A stretch of 32,000 nucleotides of DNA from Buchnera aphidicola (Therioaphis trifolii) (GTDB lineage: Bacteria; Pseudomonadota; Gammaproteobacteria; Enterobacterales; Enterobacteriaceae). The translations under genes and the position numbers were made by a program. Under the pieces are notes generated by a model that saw only the letters and a program-made list of their open reading frames with translations, was not told the origin of the DNA and did not search any database. Below, piece after piece: positions 9,571-20,116 of the stretch (position 1 is the stretch's first letter; each line of letters begins with the position of its first letter). The stretch lies in the NCBI RefSeq assembly GCF_005080705.1, contig NZ_CP032996.1, forward strand, positions 210,001-242,000, in the 5' to 3' direction.

Positions 9571-10569
9571 TTATATTTTATAATTTGTAATCCAAGTAGG
9601 ATTTTTACCCACTTTATATTCATACATTTTATTTAAATATCCATTTGCCATAGAAATACTATATACGATCATTGTATTAGATTTTTGACCTACAGAAATT
9701 AAATATTTATTATTATAATCTATAATAAAAGATTTTGGTTGTTTAGTAGTATAAATTTTATACATAAAATTTAATTTTTTTTGAGTATTAATTTTAAATA
9801 CACTAATTGTATTATATATTCTATCAGATGCATATAAATAATTATTACATGAAGTAATTTGGATATCTGAAGACCAAAATTTATTATTATTATTTTTATA
9901 AAATAAATCAATATTTTGAATATTTTTAATATTTTTTTTAATATTATTAATTTTCCATACATCTATTGTTCCATTTAATTCATTAATACTATAGCAATAT
10001 TTTTTATTATTATGATATATAAAATGTCTTGGACCTGATTTTTTTTTACATATTGCGTAATTTATCATTTTTAATGGTGATTTTAAATTATTATTATTTA
10101 AATTAAATATATAAATACGATCATCTAATAAAGCTAATGTTAAAACTAGTGTATTTGATGTATCTACATGAACTGAATGACATCCTTTAAGATTATTAAA
10201 AATTTGTATAGGTTGACTTGGAATATGATTATTATTAATATAACTTACACTTAAGCATCCAGCATGATAATAACTACAAAATAAAAATTTTTCATTTTTA
10301 TCAGTAGAAAGATAATTAGGACTATATGGAATATTTATTTTTCCAATTTTTTTTAATGTTCCATTAAATAAAATATCATATACTAAAATTTGATAATTTG
10401 GTCTTATTCCAATATATAATTTTTTTCTTTTTTTTAAAATAGTTATTGGTTGTCCTTCTTTGTTATCAGTATTAATAATTTGTATTAAAATCATTTTTCC
10501 AGTATAGTATAATTCCCAAACTTCAATTTCCCTATTTGTAGCAGTAACTACATAAATAATTTGTTTCAT
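9571..10569 (-). CDS. pgl: 6-phosphogluconolactonase (YbhE/Pgl beta-propeller)
   Basis: 332 aa. [20 protein letters not shown] matches E. coli Pgl [48 protein letters not shown] matches [28 protein letters not shown]. AGGT lies upstream of the ATG. Confidence 0.88.
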   Translation of the reverse strand: [332 protein letters not shown]

Positions 10570-10605
10570 AATATACCTAAATTTTATAAAAAAAATATAA
10601 TTTAA

Positions 10606-12660
10606 TTAATTATTAATAATAATACTATTTTTTATTTTTTTTAATATATAAAATATCCATTTTATTCTTTTTTTATCATCAGTAATATAATATGATATTT
10701 TTAAAGAATATTGATCATTTAATTTCCATTTTTTAAATTCTATTTTACAAATATTTAATAATTTAGTAATATCAATTAAATTATTTTGCTTAGAAAATAT
10801 AATAATAGTATTTTTTTTATTAGATTTTATTTTTAAAATACCCATTTTTTTTGAAAAAATTTTAATTTTTATCATTATAATTAAATTTTTTACTTCTATT
10901 GGTAATATTCCAAATTTATTAATTAATTTTTTTTTAATTTTTAATAATTTATCTATATTATTAATTGAAAAGATTTTCTTATACCAAATTAATCTTAAAT
11001 TAATATCAGAAATATATTTTTCAGGAAATATTGTTGGAATTGATAATTTAATTTCTGGATTTTCTTGTTCTAATTCATGCAATGATAAACTTTTATTATT
11101 TTTAATATATTTTATTGCTTTATTTAAAAATTTAATATAAAGAGATAATTCAATATTTTTAGAATGTCCGCTTTGGTTTTTTCCTAATAATTCTCCCACA
11201 CCTCGAATTTCTAAATCATGTTTTGATAATTCAAAACCTGAATTAAAATTTTGATTAGAATTAATTGCTTCTAATCTTTTTTTTCCATTTAATGATATTG
11301 TTTTTTTATTTTTTATTAAAAACCAAGCATAAGATTGTATATTAGATCGTCCAACTCGACCTCTTAATTGATGTAATTGAGCTAATCCAAAATATTCTGC
11401 ATCTTCTATAATAATAGAATTAACTGACGGTATATCAATACCTATTTCTATAATAGTAGTACATATTAATATTTGAAACTTTTTTTTTAAAAAATTATTC
11501 ATTATTTTTTTTAAGATTTCACTATTCATTTTTCCATGTGCAATTTGAAATTTTGCTTCAGGAACAATTTTTTTTAATATAATTAATTTTTCTTTTAAGT
11601 TTTGTATTTTATTACAAATAAAATATAATTGTCCATTTCTTGAAATTTCAAATAAAATAATTTTTCTAATTAATTTTTTATTATATATTTTTACAAATGT
11701 TTTTACTGGTAATCGGTTTATTGGTGGTGTTGAAATAATTGATAAATCGAGAATACCATTAATAGCCATATTTAATGTTCTTGGGATAGGTGTAGCAGTT
11801 AACGTTAAAACATCAATATGAGAAAACATCTTTCTTATATTTTCTTTTTGATTAACTCCAAATTTATGTTCTTCATCAATAATTAATAATCCTAAATTAT
11901 ACCATTTTAAATTATTAAATAAAATTTTATGTGTAGCAATAATAATATTAATATTTCCAGTATTAATATGATTCATTAATATTAGTTGTTTAGATTTTTT
12001 TTGAAAACGTGATAAAATACCAATTTTAATATTATATTTTAAAAATCTATTTTTAAAAGTTTTATAATGTTGTTGAGCTAATATAGTAGTTGGTGCTAAA
12101 ATTAAAACTTGTTTTTTATTTTTTACAGCAATAAATGATGCTCGAATTGCTATTTCTGTTTTTCCAAATCCTACATCACCACAAATTAATCGATCCATGG
12201 GAATTGATTTATTCATATCTAATAATACTGATTTCATAGCTAAGTTTTGATCTTTAGTCATTTCAAATGGACACATTTTACAAAATAATTCATATTCTTT
12301 ATTATAGTTTTGAAAAGAAAATCCTAATTTAGTCATACGATTTGCATGATTTTCTAATATTTGTATTGCAGTATCATTAATATTTTTAAAAATTCTTTTT
12401 CTTTCTGTATTCCATTTTTCACAACCTAATTTATTTAAAATTATTTTTTTATTATTAAAATTAGAATTATATTTTTTAATTAAATATAAATTTGAAATAG
12501 GTATATATAGTTTATCATTATTTGCATAAAGTATAGTAATGTATTCATTTAAAATATTATTATGTTTAATAATACTTAATCCTTTATATTGTCCAATGCC
12601 ATATTTAATATGAATAACTAAATCATTTTCCAAAAAAGATAATATTTTTTTTTTTTTCAT
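10606..12660 (-). CDS. mfd: Transcription-repair coupling factor Mfd, N-terminally truncated form (RID + translocase + C-terminal domain only)
   Basis: 684 aa. It starts in the RNAP-interaction region (VIHIKYGIGQYKGL matches E. coli VVHLEHGVGRYAGM). Walker A GDVGFGKTE, DEEH box IIDEEHKFG, TATPIPRT, QLHQLRGRVGRS, and the TRG region HDLEIRGVGELLG are all present. Only a 131-nt A/T spacer lies upstream. Confidence 0.9.
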   Translation of the reverse strand: MKKKKILSFLENDLVIHIKYGIGQYKGLSIIKHNNILNEYITILYANNDKLYIPISNLYLIKKYNSNFNNKKIILNKLGCEKWNTERKRIFKNINDTAIQILENHANRMTKLGFSFQNYNKEYELFCKMCPFEMTKDQNLAMKSVLLDMNKSIPMDRLICGDVGFGKTEIAIRASFIAVKNKKQVLILAPTTILAQQHYKTFKNRFLKYNIKIGILSRFQKKSKQLILMNHINTGNINIIIATHKILFNNLKWYNLGLLIIDEEHKFGVNQKENIRKMFSHIDVLTLTATPIPRTLNMAINGILDLSIISTPPINRLPVKTFVKIYNKKLIRKIILFEISRNGQLYFICNKIQNLKEKLIILKKIVPEAKFQIAHGKMNSEILKKIMNNFLKKKFQILICTTIIEIGIDIPSVNSIIIEDAEYFGLAQLHQLRGRVGRSNIQSYAWFLIKNKKTISLNGKKRLEAINSNQNFNSGFELSKHDLEIRGVGELLGKNQSGHSKNIELSLYIKFLNKAIKYIKNNKSLSLHELEQENPEIKLSIPTIFPEKYISDINLRLIWYKKIFSINNIDKLLKIKKKLINKFGILPIEVKNLIIMIKIKIFSKKMGILKIKSNKKNTIIIFSKQNNLIDITKLLNICKIEFKKWKLNDQYSLKISYYITDDKKRIKWIFYILKKIKNSIIINN

Positions 12661-12752
12661 AAAAATTATTTTTCATTTTAAAAAAAATTTGTTATTATAT
12701 ATAAATAATATAAATAAAAATATTAAATTATTAAAATAATTATATTTTTTAA

Positions 12753-13784
<1,032 letters not shown>

Positions 13785-13812
13785 TTAATATAATTAAATG
13801 TAATTTTTTAAG

Positions 13813-13860
13813 AAAAAAAAACAGCATGTTTAATTATTATATGAAATTATTACATGCTGT
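13813..13860 (-). terminator. Intrinsic terminator for fldA, possibly bidirectional with gapA
   Basis: 9-bp stem acagcatgt (13821-13829) / acatgctgt (13852-13860) with 4 G:C pairs and a 22-nt loop. On the minus strand it is followed directly by 8 U (13820-13813). It lies between the convergent genes gapA and fldA. On the plus strand the trailing sequence is only a weak U-tract (auuua). Confidence 0.6.
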
Positions 13861-13925
13861 ATTTATACCTAATAAATTTAATTATATAATAAAAAATATA
13901 AAATATAATTTTTTAAATTTATTAT

Positions 13926-14447
13926 TTAAATAATTATATTTTTTATTTCTATCATTATTTTTTTTAACCATTCTTTTATTCTATCATCACTTTGTTTTTG
14001 TTGTCTATCTTCATCAATAACTAATCCTACAAAATTATTTTTGTCAAATAATGCCTTAGAAGATTCAAAATTATATCCTTTAATTGGCCATTTTCCAATT
14101 AATGTAACATTTTTTTTTTTTAAAATATTATATATTATTCCCATTGCATCACAAAAATATTCACTATAATCTTCTTGATCACCACATCCAAATAGTGCTA
14201 TTATTTTATTTTTTAAATTTATTTTTTTTAATTTTGGTAAAAATTCATCCCAATCACATTGTAATTCACCATAATACCAAGTTGGTATTCCAAAAATTAA
14301 AACATCAAATTCATTAATTTTATTTATTTTAATATTAGCAATATCATAAATTTCTGATTTATTTGATCCAATGATATTATAAATTTTTTTTGCAATTTTT
14401 TCAGTATTTCCAGTATCACTACCAAAAAAAATTCCTATTTTTTTCAT
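13926..14447 (-). CDS. fldA: Flavodoxin 1 (long-chain)
   Basis: 173 aa. The FMN loop [13 protein letters not shown] matches E. coli [13 protein letters not shown]. Also [34 protein letters not shown] and [10 protein letters not shown]. Confidence 0.93.
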   Translation of the reverse strand: MKKIGIFFGSDTGNTEKIAKKIYNIIGSNKSEIYDIANIKINKINEFDVLIFGIPTWYYGELQCDWDEFLPKLKKINLKNKIIALFGCGDQEDYSEYFCDAMGIIYNILKKKNVTLIGKWPIKGYNFESSKALFDKNNFVGLVIDEDRQQKQSDDRIKEWLKKIMIEIKNIII

Positions 14448-14602
14448 TTTATCTCCATAATAAATTATAATTTATTTCATATTAAATATTTTAAATTTTT
14501 CAATTATTAAAAAAAATATTAATAAATATATTTTATCAAAATAAAATAATGATTTTAATTATTTAATTATATTTTAAATATTTTATTAAATGGAAAAATA
14601 AT

Positions 14603-15346
14603 ATGAATAATTTTCAATTAGAAAAAATTATTAATAAAAAATTAAATAATCATTTATTTCATGATGTAATACCGAATGGTTTACAAATTGAAGGAACAAA
14701 ATATATAAAAAAAATTATTACAGGAGTAAGTATTTGTCAAAAATTAATTAATATTGCTATTAAAAAAAATGCTCAAGCTATTATTGTACATCATGGTTTT
14801 TTTTGGAAAAATGAATGTTCTAAAATTATCAAAAATAAAAAAAAAAGATTAAAATCAATTTTAGAAAATAATATTAATATATATAATTGGCATTTACCTT
14901 TAGATATACATAAAACGTTAGGAAATAATATTCAAATAGCTAATCAATTAAATATAAATGTATTAGGAAAAATATCAGATTTAATTTTATGGGGAAAATT
15001 TAATTCTCCTATTTCTGTATTAAATTTATTTAATAAAATACATAATAAATTTAAAAGAAAACCTTTATGTTTTCAACATAATAAAAATAATATAATTAAT
15101 AATATTGCTTGGTGTAGTGGAAAAGGCCAAGATTTTATAAAAAATATTCATGAATTCAATATTGATGCATTTTTAACAGGAGAAGTATCTGAAGATACTT
15201 TACATTATGCTTATGAAAATAAAATTCATTTTTTTTCAGCAGGACATTATGCTACAGAACGATATGGAATTCAAGCATTAGGAATATGGTTAATGAAAAA
15301 ATATAATTTAGATATTGAATTTATTGAATTATATAATCCAGTATAA
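14603..15346 (+). CDS. ybgI: NIF3-family dinuclear-metal protein YbgI (GTP cyclohydrolase 1 type 2 homolog)
   Basis: 247 aa. PNGLQIEG, IIVHHGFFWK, NIYNWHLPLDIHKTLGNN, AFLTGEVSE and SAGHYATERYGIQAL align along the E. coli YbgI sequence. Confidence 0.9.
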   Translation: MNNFQLEKIINKKLNNHLFHDVIPNGLQIEGTKYIKKIITGVSICQKLINIAIKKNAQAIIVHHGFFWKNECSKIIKNKKKRLKSILENNINIYNWHLPLDIHKTLGNNIQIANQLNINVLGKISDLILWGKFNSPISVLNLFNKIHNKFKRKPLCFQHNKNNIINNIAWCSGKGQDFIKNIHEFNIDAFLTGEVSEDTLHYAYENKIHFFSAGHYATERYGIQALGIWLMKKYNLDIEFIELYNPV

Positions 15347-15407
15347 AATTTATTTTTTATTTACATAAAATTTAAATTAATAATTTAATTATATTAATAG
15401 GTGAAAC

Positions 15408-18095
15408 ATGAAAAAAGAAATTAATAATAAATTTTTTAAATGTAGTAGTTTAAATCAATTATATATTGAAAAAATTTATCAAAAATTTATAAAAAATCCT
15501 AATTTAGTATCTGTATATTGGAAAAAATTTTTTAAAAATAACGAACATGATTTTGAAAATATTAATTTATTACAAATAAATAACGAAAAAAACGTTTTTC
15601 AATATGAAAAATTAAAAATATTAAAATTTATAAAATATATTAGAAAATATGGACATCAATATTCAAATACTAATCCATTAAAAAATGTTTTAACAAAAGA
15701 CAAATTATATTCATTAATATTTAATGATTTTTGTTTAAGAAATGATGATATCAATAATATTGATAGTATATTTAAAAAAAATAATAATTTTAAAAAAATA
15801 TATTTGAAATTTACTAATATATATTGTCAATCTATTGGGATTGAATATATGCATATTTCAAATATTAATGAAAAAAAATGGTTACAAAAATATATTGAAA
15901 AAAAAAAATTAGAATTTCAAATTCCAAAAAAAAAACAAAAAAAAATATTAAAACAATTAATAAAATCAGAAGTATTTGAAAAATATTTACATGCTAAATT
16001 TCCAGGATCAAAACGTTTTTCTTTAGAAGGATGTGAAGTATTAATTTCTTTATTAAAAGAAATTATATATTACACTTATAATAAAATAACAAAAAAAATT
16101 ATTATTGGTATGGCTCATAGAGGACGATTAAATGTTTTAGTAAATATTTTAAATAAAAATATTTCTGATTTATGTAATGAATTTTCTGAAAAATATAAAA
16201 TATCATATGGTACTGGAGATGCAAAATATCATCTTGGTATGACATCGCAAATAAAAATAAAAGATAAAATAATAGAAATTGATTTAAAATCTAATCCTTC
16301 GCATTTAGAAATTATTAATCCAGTAGTTATGGGTTCTTCTCGTGCTTATATTGATCAATGTCAACTTAAGGATACGAATTGTATTTTACCTATAAATATT
16401 CATGGGGATGCTGCGATTATTGGTCAAGGAGTAAATCAAGAATTATTAAATATGTCTCAAACAAGAAATTATTTTATTGGAGGTATATTACATATTGTTA
16501 TTAATAACCAAATTGGTTTTACAACTTCTAATATAAAAGATATACGATCTAGTCAATATTGTACAGATATTGCTAAAATGATACAATCTCCTGTTTTTCA
16601 TGTTAATGCTGATGATCCAGAAGCTGTAATTTTTGTTACAAAATTAGCATTAGATTTTAAATATAAATTTAAAAAAGATGTTTTTATAGATTTAATTTGT
16701 TATCGAAGAAGAGGACATAATGAAGCTGATGAACCAAGTGTAACACAACCATTAATGTATAAAAAAATCAAACAACATAAAACAATTTGTCAAATTTATC
16801 ATAAATATTTAATGTCAGAAATACAACTTGATAGTAATTATTTAAATAACGAAATAGAAAAACAAAGAAATAAATTAAATAGATTAACTTTTATAAAAAA
16901 AATAAATCATAATAATTTAAATATTTTTATAAATAAAAAAAAATATATTTTAAAAGAAGATTTAGAACTATTATTTAAGAAAATTAATTATATACCTAAA
17001 TTTATTAATTTACATGAAAGAGTATTAAAAATATATAAAGAACGACAAAATATGATACTTAATGATCAATTATTTGATTGGGGTTCATTAGAAACTCTTG
17101 CATATGCAAATATATTATCTCAAGGTATATCATGTAGATTATCTGGTGAGGATGTTGGAAGAGGTACATTTTTTCATCGACATGCTATAGTATATGATCA
17201 AAAAAATGGATCAAGTTATATTCCTTTAAATCATTTAAAAAAAAATCAAGGAAAGTTTTATATTTGTAATTCTGTACTTTCAGAAGAAGCTGTATTAGCT
17301 TTTGAATATGGGTATTCAATTGATTCAAAAAATACAATTAACATTTGGGAAGCGCAATTTGGTGATTTTTTTAATGGAGCACAAATTGTTATAGATCAAT
17401 TTATTAGTTCAGGAGAACAAAAATGGGGAATAAAATCTAAATTAATTATGTTATTACCTCATGGTTATGAAGGACAAGGACCAGAACATTCTTCAGCTCG
17501 ATTAGAAAGATTTTTACAACTATCTTCTCAAAATAATATAAAAATTTGTATTCCTTCTACTTCAGCGCAAATGTATCATATATTAATTCATCAATCGTTT
17601 TGTGAAAATATAAAACCCTTAATTATTTTAACTCCAAAATCTCTTTTAAGAAATCCTATGACATATTCTAATTTTTTAGAAATAAAAAATGGAAAGTTTT
17701 ATAAAATTATTGATGAAATTAAAAATTTTAAAAAAAATAATATTAAAAAAATTATTTTTTGTTCTGGAAAAATATATTACGATTTATTTAATGAAAGAGA
17801 AAATCAAAAAATAAAAAACATTATTTTGATTCGTATTGAACAATTATATCCATTTCCGAAATATGAAATTTTAAAATTAATAAATTTTTATAAAAATAAA
17901 CAATTTTATTGGTGTCAAGAAGAACCAAAAAACCAAGGTGCATGGTATTATATGTATCATAAATTTAAAAAAATTATACCTAATAATACTTTAAAATATA
18001 TCGGTCGTACTTCTTCTGCTGCTCCCGCAGTAGGATGTTTATGTGTACATAAAAATCAACAAAAAAAAATTATTTTTGATGCTTTAAATGTTTAA
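15408..18095 (+). CDS. sucA: 2-oxoglutarate dehydrogenase E1 component
   Basis: 895 aa. GMAHRGRLNVL, IHGDAA, RRRGHNEADEP, LLPHGYEGQGPEHSSARLERFLQL, and the CQEEPKNQGAWYY C-terminal region. AGGTGA lies upstream of the ATG. Confidence 0.96.
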   Translation: MKKEINNKFFKCSSLNQLYIEKIYQKFIKNPNLVSVYWKKFFKNNEHDFENINLLQINNEKNVFQYEKLKILKFIKYIRKYGHQYSNTNPLKNVLTKDKLYSLIFNDFCLRNDDINNIDSIFKKNNNFKKIYLKFTNIYCQSIGIEYMHISNINEKKWLQKYIEKKKLEFQIPKKKQKKILKQLIKSEVFEKYLHAKFPGSKRFSLEGCEVLISLLKEIIYYTYNKITKKIIIGMAHRGRLNVLVNILNKNISDLCNEFSEKYKISYGTGDAKYHLGMTSQIKIKDKIIEIDLKSNPSHLEIINPVVMGSSRAYIDQCQLKDTNCILPINIHGDAAIIGQGVNQELLNMSQTRNYFIGGILHIVINNQIGFTTSNIKDIRSSQYCTDIAKMIQSPVFHVNADDPEAVIFVTKLALDFKYKFKKDVFIDLICYRRRGHNEADEPSVTQPLMYKKIKQHKTICQIYHKYLMSEIQLDSNYLNNEIEKQRNKLNRLTFIKKINHNNLNIFINKKKYILKEDLELLFKKINYIPKFINLHERVLKIYKERQNMILNDQLFDWGSLETLAYANILSQGISCRLSGEDVGRGTFFHRHAIVYDQKNGSSYIPLNHLKKNQGKFYICNSVLSEEAVLAFEYGYSIDSKNTINIWEAQFGDFFNGAQIVIDQFISSGEQKWGIKSKLIMLLPHGYEGQGPEHSSARLERFLQLSSQNNIKICIPSTSAQMYHILIHQSFCENIKPLIILTPKSLLRNPMTYSNFLEIKNGKFYKIIDEIKNFKKNNIKKIIFCSGKIYYDLFNERENQKIKNIILIRIEQLYPFPKYEILKLINFYKNKQFYWCQEEPKNQGAWYYMYHKFKKIIPNNTLKYIGRTSSAAPAVGCLCVHKNQQKKIIFDALNV

Positions 18096-18110
18096 TAAAG
18101 AGATATTTAA

Positions 18111-19271
18111 ATGAATCAAACAAATATTTTAGTTCCGGAATTACCTGAATCGATTAATAAAGCTACTGTTGTTAAATGGTATAAGAAAATAGGAGATCTT
18201 GTTAAACAAGATGAAGTATTAGTAGATATAGAAACTGAAAAAGTAATTTTAGAAGTTCCATCACAAGTTAATGGTATTTTAATAAAAATATTACAATCTA
18301 CAGGAACGATAGTACATAATAAACAAATTTTAGGGTATATAAAAGAAATTAAAGAAAATAAAAATTTAAAAAAAAATATTTTTTTTAAAAATAAAATTCA
18401 AAATAAAAAAAATCATTTTGAAATATCAAATAATCAAAGAAATTATCTTAGTCCTTCTTTAAGAAGAATTATTGCAACAAAAAATAATCTATTAAATAAT
18501 TCTAATAATCAAGATTTTAAATTCAATTATTCAAAAAAAAAAAAAAAATTATTAATAAATGATACTACATTAAATAAAGAACATAGAGTACCAATTACTA
18601 TAGTACGAAAACGAATAGCAGAAAGATTATTACGTACTATGCATAATACTGCTATGTTAACAACATTTAATGAAGTAAATATGAAATCAATTATTGAAAT
18701 TCGAAAAAAATATAGTGTTCTTTTTCAAGAAAAATATAATGTAAAATTAGGATTAATGTCTTTTTTTGTTAAATCTGTAGTAGAATCTTTAAAACAATTT
18801 CCTTCTATAAATGCAAGAATTGATAATGATGAAATAGTATATTATAAATTTTTTGATATAAATATTGCAATTTCCACAAATAAAGGATTAGTAACTCCGA
18901 TTTTAAAAAATGCTGATAAAATGTCTATGGCTGACATAGAAAAAAAAATTAAATATTTTGTATTACAAGGTAATGAAGGAAAATTACAATTATCAGATTT
19001 ATTAGGTGGTAATTTTACAATTACTAATGGAGGAACTTTTGGATCATTATTATCAACTCCAATAATTAATCCACCTCAAACTGCTATTTTAGGAATACAT
19101 GCTATTAATAATAGAGTTATAGCTATTGATGGAAATATAAAAATTGCACCAATGATGTATATTGCATTATCTTATGATCATTGCATGATTGATGGAAAAG
19201 AAGCTGTTAGTTTTTTAAATATGATAAAAAATATATTAGAAGATTTTTCTAGAATTTTATTAAATATTTAA
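18111..19271 (+). CDS. sucB: Dihydrolipoyllysine-residue succinyltransferase, 2-oxoglutarate dehydrogenase E2
   Basis: 386 aa. Single lipoyl domain with the lipoyl-lysine context [11 protein letters not shown]. Peripheral-subunit-binding motif LSPSLRR. Catalytic SYDHCMIDG. It starts 15 nt after sucA. Confidence 0.95.
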   Translation: MNQTNILVPELPESINKATVVKWYKKIGDLVKQDEVLVDIETEKVILEVPSQVNGILIKILQSTGTIVHNKQILGYIKEIKENKNLKKNIFFKNKIQNKKNHFEISNNQRNYLSPSLRRIIATKNNLLNNSNNQDFKFNYSKKKKKLLINDTTLNKEHRVPITIVRKRIAERLLRTMHNTAMLTTFNEVNMKSIIEIRKKYSVLFQEKYNVKLGLMSFFVKSVVESLKQFPSINARIDNDEIVYYKFFDINIAISTNKGLVTPILKNADKMSMADIEKKIKYFVLQGNEGKLQLSDLLGGNFTITNGGTFGSLLSTPIINPPQTAILGIHAINNRVIAIDGNIKIAPMMYIALSYDHCMIDGKEAVSFLNMIKNILEDFSRILLNI

Positions 19272-19293
19272 AATATAACATATTTTAAATATT
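19263..19293 (+). terminator. Candidate A/U-only hairpin overlapping the sucB stop codon
   Basis: 14-bp perfect stem (19263-19276 / 19280-19293) with a 3-nt loop, followed by auuauuauauaauuu. The stem is all A/T, so the chance expectation in this composition is not negligible. The call rests mainly on its position. Confidence 0.3.
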
Positions 19294-19366
19294 ATTATAT
19301 AATTTCTATTATTAAATATTTACATTACATTTTAAAAAAAATAATAAAAATATCAAAGGATATATT

Positions 19367-20068
19367 ATGAAAACAAATAAATTAGTTTTAATTAGACATG
19401 GTGAAAGTAAATGGAATAAATTAAATCAATTTACAGGATGGACTGATGTAAATTTATCTAATCAAGGAATAAAAGAAGCTAAATTAGCTGGAAAATTATT
19501 AAAAAAAAATAATTTTTTATTCGATGTTTGTTATACTTCTGTATTAAAAAGAGCAATTTATACTTTATGGTCAATATTAACTGAATTAGAACAATGTTGG
19601 TTACCAATTAAAAAAACATGGCGATTAAATGAAAGACATTATGGTGATTTACAGGGATTAAATAAAGAATCAATTATTTCAAAATATGGTGCAGATCAAG
19701 TAACACAATGGCGTAGAAGTTTTACAGCAATACCTCCAAAAATACAAAAAGATAAAAATTATTCAATATGTCATGATCAAAGATATCATAATTTATATAA
19801 AGATAATATGCCTACTGCTGAAAGCTTAGAATTAACTTTAAAAAGATTATTGCCATATTGGGAAGATCATATTTTTCCAGATATCAAAAAAAAAAAAAGA
19901 GTTTTAGTTGTTGCACACGGTAATTCTCTTCGAGCATTAGTAAAATATTTATCTAATTTAAATAATCAAGAAGTTTTTAATTTACATATTCCAACTGGAG
20001 TACCTATTATATATAATTTTAATAATAACAAATTTTCAATAAAATATTCATTTTTAAAAAATGAATAA
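19367..20068 (+). CDS. gpmA: 2,3-bisphosphoglycerate-dependent phosphoglycerate mutase
   Basis: 233 aa. LIRHGESKWN, YTSVLKRAI, LNERHYG, and AHGNSLRALVKYL. AAGGA lies upstream of the ATG. Confidence 0.95.
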   Translation: MKTNKLVLIRHGESKWNKLNQFTGWTDVNLSNQGIKEAKLAGKLLKKNNFLFDVCYTSVLKRAIYTLWSILTELEQCWLPIKKTWRLNERHYGDLQGLNKESIISKYGADQVTQWRRSFTAIPPKIQKDKNYSICHDQRYHNLYKDNMPTAESLELTLKRLLPYWEDHIFPDIKKKKRVLVVAHGNSLRALVKYLSNLNNQEVFNLHIPTGVPIIYNFNNNKFSIKYSFLKNE

Positions 20069-20116
20069 ATTTTATATTCTACATTAATATTTTTTTTATT
20101 TTTTATAAGATGATAT

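Noticed and set aside
9771-9962. 63-aa ORF on the minus strand (MYGKLIILKKILK...)
   Set aside because: It lies entirely inside pgl on the same strand but in a different frame. Its composition is low-complexity I/K/L, as expected from A/T-rich DNA. It has no homology signature and no ribosome-binding site.
14546-14562. Fur-box-like sequence ataatgattttaattat upstream of fldA/ybgI
   Set aside because: Partial matches to the A/T-rich Fur consensus are expected by chance in a spacer that is nearly 100% A/T. fur, which follows fldA in E. coli, is not present downstream of fldA here.
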